Assembly (NCBI GenBank): GCA_033764315.1
Contig: JANRJA010000187.1
Location: forward strand, 15,243 to 79,242
From: Oculatellaceae cyanobacterium bins.114
GTDB lineage: Bacteria; Cyanobacteriota; Cyanobacteriia; Elainellales; Elainellaceae
DNA: 64,000 bases
Direction of reading: 5' to 3'
In this document: positions 41,015-50,729 of the stretch, piece after piece
Layout: each line of letters starts with the position of its first letter
Numbering within the stretch: position 1 is the first letter of the stretch
The notes under the pieces: generated by a model
Told to the model about the DNA's origin: nothing
The model's database searches: none
The model's input: only the letters and a program-made list of their open reading frames with translations
Made by a program: the position numbers and the translations under genes

Positions 41015-41233
41015 ATGCGCTTTCAACTAAGGCTTTTACCGTTTGCTCTGTTTGACCTCTATGCTCAGGTTGCAACCTCTGGACACATCACCTTGGCTGA
41101 TCGGTATGGTTTAATGGCAGCTATTTTGGAAGATTCCTTGAGTGATGACGAGCGATCGGTTCTCGACCGCATTTTGTGGACTATCTATCGTGGCAGGATG
41201 AGAGTTTTGGATGAGCTATCAGCGATTTCATAA
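41015..41233 (+). CDS. Small conserved cyanobacterial hypothetical protein (72 aa)
   Basis: LLP..SGHITLADRYGLMAAIL..LSDDERSVLDRILW..RGR pattern. Confidence 0.75.
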   Translation: MRFQLRLLPFALFDLYAQVATSGHITLADRYGLMAAILEDSLSDDERSVLDRILWTIYRGRMRVLDELSAIS

Positions 41234-41293
41234 AAATGGAATCGGCTAAAAAAGCTGACTCAATCCGTCATTCAACTCAAATTTAAACAACTT

Positions 41294-41329
41294 AAGCCCC
41301 CAGCATCTTTTGAGATCCTGGGGGTTTTT
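41294..41329. terminator. Terminator between convergent genes
   Basis: AAGCCCCCAG..CTGGGGGTTTTT hairpin with T-run. Confidence 0.6.
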
Positions 41330-41367
41330 GCAGATTGGCAACACCAAACACTTCAGCAAAACTGAAC

Positions 41368-41934
41368 TTAAGCAGAACAGAGCGTCAACGCTTCACTGCG
41401 CTGTTGGAGTTGTTGCATGTGATGAAACAGATTCCAGCAATATTGCTCTGGCAAGCCACATGTCACCGCTCCTCGAAGCACCACACCGGAATACCAATCA
41501 TTGGGGGCGTGTTCTTCCGTTAATTTCTCAATCACCGTGTAAGTCCGAACATTCAAAAATGACTGCCCCTGGCGATGAACGGTGATGGTTTCATGACAAT
41601 ATCCTTCTTCCCGATCATCCAGGCGATCGCTCAAGCGATGCGGTAAGCGATAAAGCACGCCTTCTACAGTAGAAGTCGGGTCTTTAACGATATCAAGCAC
41701 CCCACAATTGCGCCGTTGAGACCGCCGAAAAAATCCTAAGCGATAGCCCTTGAGGGTAGCAGGCCCCACCACATAGGAGTGAGTGTGCTCTCCTAGCGAT
41801 CGCTTCAAATCTACAGGACACATGCAAGAGCCGTAAGCAAAGTAATAGAACATTGGCTCAATCACTGACTCAGGATGTGTTTGAGGGTGGATTTTGGCTA
41901 ACTCAACCCGATGAGAAGGAGGGCGATCGCTCAT
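41368..41934 (-). CDS. Gamma-glutamylcyclotransferase family protein
   Basis: YYFAYGSCM, GYRLGF, VEGVLY, LDDREEGY. Confidence 0.85.
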   Translation of the reverse strand: MSDRPPSHRVELAKIHPQTHPESVIEPMFYYFAYGSCMCPVDLKRSLGEHTHSYVVGPATLKGYRLGFFRRSQRRNCGVLDIVKDPTSTVEGVLYRLPHRLSDRLDDREEGYCHETITVHRQGQSFLNVRTYTVIEKLTEEHAPNDWYSGVVLRGAVTCGLPEQYCWNLFHHMQQLQQRSEALTLCSA

Positions 41935-42106
41935 GGCTGGGATAGGGGGATAGAAATTTTGGTTACTAGGATTTTAGCAGATCGGATCAGAGAATGTCAC
42001 ATAATCCGATGTGTGTACCGTAGTTTTATAGGTATGTCATTGAGTTCACAACACAATATTCCAATTCAGCTAAGATTTGCAAAACTTAACGCTGTAAAAT
42101 CGGGGG

Positions 42107-44608
42107 ATGACACATCAACACTCTCTTCCCAACATTCCCTCGTGTGCCTGGAAACGACCTATTGGCTTAGGTTGGGGCAATCCTTACACGGTTCGTTATG
42201 CCAGCAATTTAGATGATGGTCCCTGGCATGGGGCACCGCTAGGGGGGTTTGGCGCAGGGTGTTTGGGGCGATCGCATCGGGGTGATTTCAATCTCTGGCA
42301 CATGGATGGCGGTGAACACCTGTTTCAATCCATGCCAGCGTGTCAATTTAGCATTTTTGAACAGGTGGAAGGGCAACCCGCTCATGCCTATGCCCTCTGC
42401 ACTGAAGCCCCTGACGATGGCACATTAAGCACCTGGCAGTGGTATCCCTCTAAAACAACTGACTCCGATACTGGCACCTATCACGCCCTTTATCCTCGCA
42501 GTTGGTTTGCCTATCGCAATGTCTTTGAGGCATCACTGACCTGCGAACAGTTTTCCCCCATTTGGGCAGGCAATTATCAAGAAACCAGCTATCCCGTAGG
42601 GGTATTTGTCTGGACGGCACACAACCCCAGCGATCGCCCCATCACTCTGAGCATTTTGTTGACCTGGCAAAACATGGTGGGCTGGTTTACCAATGCTTTG
42701 AAATCGCCAGAGGTGAAAGTGCGGGATGATGGTAGCCCCGTGTATGAGTATCAACCTCGTCTGGGGGAGAGCCAGGGCAACTTTAACCAGTGGGTGGCTG
42801 AAGCTGGATGGGCAGGCTGTGTATTAGATCGAGTGGGTCAGTCAGACACGCCAGCAGAAGGCGAAGGACAATGGGCGATCGCCCTGGCAACGTCTCCCGA
42901 TGACACCGTGTTTTATCACACCCGATGGAACCCAAGCGGAGATGGATCGGATATCTGGCAGACCTTTGCAGTGGATGGTTCTCTGGCTAACTGTGAGGAT
43001 CAAACTCCAGCAGAGGCTGATCAGGTTGGAGCCGCGATCGCCATTCGGTTTACCCTTGCCCCTGGTGAAACCCGTCAGATTCCTGTTGTTCTGAGTTGGG
43101 ATCTGCCCGTGACAGAGTTTGCTGAGGGAATCAACTATTTTCGCCGTTACACTGATTTTTTTGATCGCAGTGGACGCAATGCCTGGGCGATCGCCCGCAC
43201 TGCCCTAGCCCAGTACAGCGAATGGCAACAGCAGATTCAGATCTGGCAAACTCCAATTTTGCAACGGGAGGATTTGCCCGACTGGTTCAAGATGGCTCTG
43301 TTTAACGAGCTATACGACTTGACCGATGGCGGCACCCTATGGTCTGCCGCGACGGAGGCAGACCCGATTGGCCAGTTTGCGGTGTTAGAGTGCATCGACT
43401 ACCGCTGGTATGAAAGCCTGGACGTGCGGCTCTATGGCTCTTTTGCCCTGTTGATGCTGTTTCCAGAGTTAGACAAGGCAGTGCTGCGAGCGTTTGCGAG
43501 AGCCATTCCGACCGCTGACACAAGAACTCGACTGATTGGTTATTACTTTACCCAGGGGGTTGAAAGCCCGATCGCCACTCGCAAAGCCCTTAATGCCACA
43601 CCACACGACCTCGGCGCACCCAACGAACATGTCTGGGAAAAGACCAATTACACCAGCTATCAAGACTGCAACCTCTGGAAAGATCTAGGTTCCGATTTTG
43701 TGTTGCAGGTTTACCGCGACTTTGTGCTGACGGGCAGCACCGATACAGCTTTTTTGCAAGAGTGTTGGACTGCGATCGCCGCGACTCTACACTATCTCAA
43801 AACCTTTGATTTGGATGGCGATGGCATTCCTGAAAATTCAGGTGCTCCTGACCAAACCTTTGATGACTGGCGGTTACAGGGCATCAGTGCCTATTGTGGT
43901 GGCTTGTGGATTGCGGCACTAGAGGCAGCGATCGCCATTGCTCGTCATCTGCAAACCCACGCTGTCACCGCATTGACCCCTTCTCTGAGCGAGGCGGATA
44001 CTCCACAGTTCCCTGACGGGGTAATCGCCACGTTTGAGCAGTGGTTAACTCAATCTCGCTCGGTCTATCACAAGACGTTGTGGAATGGTCAATATTATCA
44101 ACTCGACAGTGGCAGTGGCTCTGATGTGGTGATGGCCGATCAACTCTGTGGACAGTTTTATGCCCGCCTGCTAAGGCTGCCTGATGTTGTGCCTCCAGGG
44201 TGCGATCGCACAGCTCTGACCACGGTGTATGAATCGTGTTTTCTCAACTTCAACCAATTTATCGCTCACCAAAAAGCTGCAAAATCGCCAGACTCAACCA
44301 CTTATGCCTTACTGGGAGCGGCTAATGGAGTCCGGTTGGATGGCTCTCCCCTTAACCCCAACGACACCCATCCCTTAGAGATTTGGACGGGCATTAACTT
44401 TGGTATTGCCGCTTTCCTTTTGCAATTGGGTATGCGAGACCAAGCCTTTCAACTCACCGAAGCCGTTGTTCAGCAAATCTATGAAAATGGCTTGCAGTTT
44501 CGCACTCCTGAAGCAATTACTGCTTTCGGCACCTTTCGTGCCAGTCATTATCTGAGAGCCACAGCGATTTGGGCAATCTATGGAGTATTAACAGGGTTTG
44601 AGTCGTGA
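42107..44608 (+). CDS. GH116 family glycoside hydrolase (non-lysosomal glucosylceramidase-like beta-glucosidase)
   Basis: GAPLGGFGAG, YHALYPRSW, LECIDYRWYESLDV, PDQTFDDW, MADQLCGQ, GLQFRTPEA. Confidence 0.9.
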   Translation: MTHQHSLPNIPSCAWKRPIGLGWGNPYTVRYASNLDDGPWHGAPLGGFGAGCLGRSHRGDFNLWHMDGGEHLFQSMPACQFSIFEQVEGQPAHAYALCTEAPDDGTLSTWQWYPSKTTDSDTGTYHALYPRSWFAYRNVFEASLTCEQFSPIWAGNYQETSYPVGVFVWTAHNPSDRPITLSILLTWQNMVGWFTNALKSPEVKVRDDGSPVYEYQPRLGESQGNFNQWVAEAGWAGCVLDRVGQSDTPAEGEGQWAIALATSPDDTVFYHTRWNPSGDGSDIWQTFAVDGSLANCEDQTPAEADQVGAAIAIRFTLAPGETRQIPVVLSWDLPVTEFAEGINYFRRYTDFFDRSGRNAWAIARTALAQYSEWQQQIQIWQTPILQREDLPDWFKMALFNELYDLTDGGTLWSAATEADPIGQFAVLECIDYRWYESLDVRLYGSFALLMLFPELDKAVLRAFARAIPTADTRTRLIGYYFTQGVESPIATRKALNATPHDLGAPNEHVWEKTNYTSYQDCNLWKDLGSDFVLQVYRDFVLTGSTDTAFLQECWTAIAATLHYLKTFDLDGDGIPENSGAPDQTFDDWRLQGISAYCGGLWIAALEAAIAIARHLQTHAVTALTPSLSEADTPQFPDGVIATFEQWLTQSRSVYHKTLWNGQYYQLDSGSGSDVVMADQLCGQFYARLLRLPDVVPPGCDRTALTTVYESCFLNFNQFIAHQKAAKSPDSTTYALLGAANGVRLDGSPLNPNDTHPLEIWTGINFGIAAFLLQLGMRDQAFQLTEAVVQQIYENGLQFRTPEAITAFGTFRASHYLRATAIWAIYGVLTGFES

Positions 44609-44647
44609 GAGATAGGTGAATGAATGGATAAGAGCCTATTCATTCCC

Positions 44648-44725
44648 TGAAAATTCAAAACTCAAAACTCAAAATTTAGAATTTTCTTACCCATCCACCC
44701 ATCTCCTCATCCACTGCTTACCCCT
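44648..44725. repeat. STRR-like heptamer repeats
   Basis: AAAATTC/AAAACTC units followed by CCATCCAC-like units between convergent genes. Confidence 0.55.
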
Positions 44726-45677
44726 ACTCTCTACCCCTGACCCTTAGCGATTGTTCCCTGGCCTCTGACCAGACTCCACTTGCCAAGTCGTCCTTAAATC
44801 GCTGAAGTTTATCGTCTAATCGCGCCAACAACTCATCCGATCGCCTCTGCTCACTCAAGACAGGTTTTGACACTTTGGCAATGCGAGCTAATTGGGCGGC
44901 AACCGATTGATAGTCTGCTTGCCGGGTTTGGCGAATTGCCTGGAGTGGGGCTTGCATAGCCCATTTACTCCAATAGCCCAGAGACGATCGCACCCCTGGC
45001 CCACACCGATACAGATCTTGAGAAGGCATGACATAGCACGGTTGATACTCGATCCCAACGGTTAAACACCAATCCTGCCACTTAAAGGGCAAGATCGCCG
45101 TGTTGGTGCACACCGGAATCCAAGGCACTCGCAAAGCATCCGCCGCGATCGCCCCATGCATTGCCTCCGCCAAAACCACCTCTGTCTGGCTAATTGCAGC
45201 AAGCACCTCCTCAGTTGATCCACGTGGATCGATAAATCCCATGCCTGCTTGCTCACAAATCCGTTGCCAGTCAACCCCACCTCGCATGACGTTAGAAACA
45301 TGGGGAATGTAAGCAAAGCGTTGTGTCTTGCGAGGGGAAGCAGGTTGATAGACACGTCGCAGCAGCAATGCTCCATCTGTGATGGCTAAGTCCGGATCTA
45401 GACCCAGTGCTTTAGCCGAAAGAGGGCCTCTCAAACAATACACTGTCCAAGAAGAATCAATGCTGGGTAATCCTTTGCCATAACCCACACCAGATCCAAA
45501 AACAATTGTTTTTCGGGCAGTTGGAACATACTCATTTAACAAAGTCCCAATACCCACAAATAAAACTGTTTTCTCATCATCAAAAACATTTGGCAATAAT
45601 CGTTCCCACAACCAGGGATTGAGATCATCTCCAAAATTGTTGACCTTCTCGCGAAACTGAAAATAGTATAATTTCAT
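44724..45677 (-). CDS. Polysaccharide pyruvyl transferase family (ExoV-like)
   Basis: NFGDDLNPWLW, GIGTLLN, VFGSGVGYG, RGPLSA, AEAMHGAIAADALRVPW, FKWQDW. Confidence 0.85.
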   Translation of the reverse strand: MKLYYFQFREKVNNFGDDLNPWLWERLLPNVFDDEKTVLFVGIGTLLNEYVPTARKTIVFGSGVGYGKGLPSIDSSWTVYCLRGPLSAKALGLDPDLAITDGALLLRRVYQPASPRKTQRFAYIPHVSNVMRGGVDWQRICEQAGMGFIDPRGSTEEVLAAISQTEVVLAEAMHGAIAADALRVPWIPVCTNTAILPFKWQDWCLTVGIEYQPCYVMPSQDLYRCGPGVRSSLGYWSKWAMQAPLQAIRQTRQADYQSVAAQLARIAKVSKPVLSEQRRSDELLARLDDKLQRFKDDLASGVWSEAREQSLRVRGRE

Positions 45678-45724
45678 GCATTTCTTGAGGTTATTTGCCA
45701 GGAAAACAGGTGGAGCTGTGTCAT

Positions 45725-46837
45725 TTATTGACCGCTTTTAACTAACACCTTTTTGGTATCTTTTTTAACCACTTCAGCATCTAAATCATTCGCAGGAAAT
45801 GCGTATGGCAAAAGCTCTTTTTGCCGGTGTTGTGAAATCAGTTGAGCTGTTTTGTGCCCTAGTTTTTGCAAGTGACGGCTTACTTTAAGTAACACAGAGG
45901 GTTGTTTTAAGACCGTAGGCTTTAGTTCAGGTTGTTTAAGAAATCGGTAGTGCAAAAACTCTGATTTATACCGCATAGGCATATCCTCACCTTTTGTCAA
46001 TCGAGCAAAATCTTTGTAGGAATAGCCCATGTAGTGAATTCGATGAATTGGTTTCAACCCCTGCTTGTTGTAAAGAACATGATTGATATTGACAAACGGA
46101 TCTGCATTAGCACAATTCCCCGTCCGCTCTTCACTATTAGGACTCAACGTAAAGTTGAACAAAGGGCGATCGCTGCGTAAGGTCATATAGGTAAATAGAA
46201 ATGCATCATCCCACCAGCGAGGCACCCAGGTAATCTCATTGTGGTCGATCAATCTTTGTCTGAGATAGTCTAGCTCTAAAGCGTCAAAAATCCCTTTTTT
46301 AGAGCCAAAGAAACTTGAGCAATGTAACTTGGGACGAATCTGAGCTTCAGTGTAAGAACCGCTTTCTTCGATCAATGAAATATTGAGTGCTGCAACTTCT
46401 CTTGATTTTTTGTGTTCCCAATCATCAAATACAAAATCGTAGGTTTGAAGCCGCTTAAAAACATCATTGATTGGCTTCATTGCCAAACTATCAGCATCAT
46501 AAAAAACAAACTTGTCAAACATTCCATCAAACGCCACTAATTTGCGGTGATGTCCTAATCCCCAATGTTGGCGACTTGTAGCGTTTTGAGCGATCGGATG
46601 AGCAGCCCAGATCGCTTGAGCAAATTTCTCCCAACGAGCGATCGCTTTTGTATCTTCAAATAAAACAACATTCGCCCTAGAGCTAATTTCATGCTTGACC
46701 CGTTCAAGGCGATCGTCAAACGGAATAATACAAACAGGAATATCTAGACCAACATTCATTTCAATGCTATTAAGCAGAGCAACCAATTGGTCATAAACCG
46801 CATCGTTCGCCAAGGTGTAGATACCATAGGAATGCAT
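45725..46837 (-). CDS. Npun_R2821/R2822-like putative glycosyltransferase
   Basis: GIYTLANDAVYDQLVALLNSIE, FVFYDADSL (DxD), IHYMGY. Confidence 0.75.
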   Translation of the reverse strand: MHSYGIYTLANDAVYDQLVALLNSIEMNVGLDIPVCIIPFDDRLERVKHEISSRANVVLFEDTKAIARWEKFAQAIWAAHPIAQNATSRQHWGLGHHRKLVAFDGMFDKFVFYDADSLAMKPINDVFKRLQTYDFVFDDWEHKKSREVAALNISLIEESGSYTEAQIRPKLHCSSFFGSKKGIFDALELDYLRQRLIDHNEITWVPRWWDDAFLFTYMTLRSDRPLFNFTLSPNSEERTGNCANADPFVNINHVLYNKQGLKPIHRIHYMGYSYKDFARLTKGEDMPMRYKSEFLHYRFLKQPELKPTVLKQPSVLLKVSRHLQKLGHKTAQLISQHRQKELLPYAFPANDLDAEVVKKDTKKVLVKSGQ

Positions 46838-47485
46838 GAAAGAACCTCACGTTATTGTTTGCAAAACGAGTTGCAGGATTAATTAGAAGAACTTGATGCC
46901 CCTTTCAAAGCAGCGGTTTGATGTGTTGTCAACTGTGTTATTACAACAAGTCATTAGTAACAGTTTTATGGTCTTATAACTCCATCTTTTGAGTTTTGCA
47001 GGTCAAGCTAGAGTAATAGATGCAAACATCAGAAAAGTGTTCCTGAGGTTTAAGAATGGACTATGTTTTCGGAAATAGATGTATTGGGTTGAGCCATTCC
47101 TAAAGGGTGTCCAATAGCACTTCCACTCAAATTAATTCCTGTGTGTCCCAGCCCCTCATTTCAGATTTTCCTTACCCCATCTCTACGCTTTAGACTTGTC
47201 AAAAAAAAGACCATAAACCACACATGAGGTAGCGAAAAATTAGATCATATGGCTTCGTCTCAGCAAATTTTTGTCTTTGCTAATTATTCTTGCTGGCTAC
47301 ATCCCGTTGGCAACTGAGAACAAGCCCTTTCAAAGGCACTCTAACCTCATCTCTTAACCAATATTTAAGAATCAGGCTGTAGGCAACAAATGCAGATTCT
47401 ACCGGAGTCAAACAAGGAGCTACAGCGTTTTCTAGAAGAATTTATCCCTGATGCGCTAGGGAGTCACTAAACCTGGTAGATTTAG

Positions 47486-48667
<1,182 letters not shown>

Positions 48668-48704
48668 CCCACAGACTGCATCTCGTCGTGTACCCTGAGC
48701 TAAG

Positions 48705-48813
48705 ACAAGGGGCTTAAGCCCCTTGTTTCACCTAGCGTTTTGGTTCAAGCAGCCGTTAGATATCAAACTAGCTGACTCTACTGAACTGGCTCTACTGAGC
48801 TGACTTTACTGAA
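48705..48813. repeat. 22-bp palindrome plus ~14-bp tandem repeats
   Basis: ACAAGGGGCTTAAGCCCCTTGT (48705-48726); CTGA(A/G)CTG(A/G)CT(C/T)TA-like units at 48768-48813. Confidence 0.7.
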
Positions 48814-48935
48814 ATAGAGGCCATTCCCCCGTTGATCAAACAATTGCCTCGGTCTTAAGCAATTGCTTCTCCTGTCCAGCGTCTACGTTGATTTCCCCAA
48901 TTCCTAAATTCCAATTACTTTTTAACGTCCTCATT

Positions 48936-50066
48936 ATGAGAATTGCTCTATTCACCGAAACCTTCTTGCCCAAGGTTGACGGCATCGTGACACGGCTAAG
49001 TCACACCGTTGACCATTTACAACGTATGGGAAATCAGGTTTTAGTGATTTCTCCTGACGGAGGATTAGACGAGTATAAAGGAGCAAAAATTTTTGGGGTG
49101 CCTGGTTTTCCGCTGCCACTTTACCCAGAGTTAAAGTTAGCTCTACCTCGTCCTTCGATTCGACAGACACTCACCGACTTTCAACCGGAACTCATTCATA
49201 TCGTCAATCCGGCAGTGTTAGGGGTCGGGGGTCTTTACTATGCCAAATCACTTGGGGTTCCCCTAGTCGCTTCGTATCACACTCACCTTCCTAAGTATTT
49301 AGAGCATTATGGCTTGGGGATGTTGGAAGGGCTATTGTGGGAACTGCTTAAAGCATTGCATAACCAGGCACAGTTGAACCTCTGTACCTCGACGGCGATG
49401 CAAGATGCTCTCGTTGAACACGGCATTGAGCGGGTGGAGGTCTGGCAAAAAGGGGTTGATACGGAGCTATTTCATCCCAGTCTGATCGATCGAGAGATGC
49501 GATCGCACCTCTCTCAAGGGTCGCCTGATAGCCCTCTGCTGTTGTATGTGGGGCGGCTCTCTGCTGAAAAAGAAATCGATCGGATTAAACCTGTTTTACA
49601 AGCCATCCCTGATGCCAGACTGGCCCTCGTAGGAGACGGCCCCTATCGACAGGAGCTAGAAGCCCACTTTGCAGATACCTCAACCCATTTTGTCGGTTAT
49701 TTGACCGGGCGAGATTTGGCATCTGCTTTTGCATCCGCAGACGCCTTCATCTTTCCATCTCGCACAGAGACCCTTGGTTTAGTCCTGTTAGAAGCAATGG
49801 CAGCCGGATGTCCTGTGATTGCAGCCAATGCAGGGGGTATTCCTGACATTGTGACGGATGGGGTTAATGGCTACCTGTTTGACCCAGAGGATGAAGAAGG
49901 GGCGATCGCCGCTACTCAACGCCTCTTAGCCAATCGCGAAGAGCGGGAAACCTTGAAACACAATGCTCGCCAAGAGGCAGAGCGGTGGGGTTGGGCAGCC
50001 GCCACTCGCCAATTACAGCACTTCTATCAGACGGTATCGTCTCAATCGATGCTAACCGCCGCTTAG
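48936..50066 (+). CDS. sqdX: Sulfoquinovosyl transferase (GT4)
   Basis: MRIALFTETFLPKVDGIVTRL, SYHTHLPKY, ETLGLVLLEAMAAG; follows sqdB. Confidence 0.93.
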   Translation: MRIALFTETFLPKVDGIVTRLSHTVDHLQRMGNQVLVISPDGGLDEYKGAKIFGVPGFPLPLYPELKLALPRPSIRQTLTDFQPELIHIVNPAVLGVGGLYYAKSLGVPLVASYHTHLPKYLEHYGLGMLEGLLWELLKALHNQAQLNLCTSTAMQDALVEHGIERVEVWQKGVDTELFHPSLIDREMRSHLSQGSPDSPLLLYVGRLSAEKEIDRIKPVLQAIPDARLALVGDGPYRQELEAHFADTSTHFVGYLTGRDLASAFASADAFIFPSRTETLGLVLLEAMAAGCPVIAANAGGIPDIVTDGVNGYLFDPEDEEGAIAATQRLLANREERETLKHNARQEAERWGWAAATRQLQHFYQTVSSQSMLTAA

Positions 50067-50171
50067 AGGAGGTTGGGAGTAGAGAGGATGGTGACACCAA
50101 CAGCATGACAAGATAAGCACCTGTCTTACTTCAACACTCAGTCTTCAATACTTAAGAACGCGAATTAAATA

Positions 50172-50334
50172 ACGTCAGTTCGGTTTAAGCAGCCCAGCGA
50201 ATAAATTCGCGGCTACCAAAGCAAAGTCCGCCTTCGCGGACTGGCAAAATCCAAGGTTTACTGAACCGACGTAGATCGATTTTGTCCGTATAGCAGCGGT
50301 TTCAACCGCCAAAATCCTGATTCCGAACTCAGGT
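50172..50334 (+). mobile_element. 163-bp MITE (family A), copy 2 (more diverged)
   Basis: TIRs ACGTCAGTTCGG / CCGAACTCAGGT; flanks TAAATA / TAGATA; same hairpin layout. Confidence 0.88.
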
Positions 50335-50729
50335 TAGATAACATCGATTATTTTCGTCAAACTGCCCTCTTCCCTTGCTCTTCTCCGAGCCAGAGAGGGG
50401 TACTGTAGGCGGAGTGAGGTTTCCGAAGTTATTGAATGGCTTCTACCCTTCTGCCCCCCTTTTTTGTATCGTTTACCGCTTGTTGAATCGAGAGTGAACA
50501 GATACAGTCTTATGTAGATATGCCTTTACTAAAAGGGGCCTTGTTTTTCAGATTTTTGTTCTGAGCAGTGGTGACTTAGGAATACTAATGAACGCTCTAT
50601 TTTCTAAACGCTTTGGGTAATCTCGAAGCATAAATAGTTCCGGTTATTCGTTAGTATTTCTGTGGAGTGAGGCTGAGTTTGAGTTAAGTTTATCTGGAAG
50701 CTTCTCGTTGACAAGCGTTAGCAATACCT

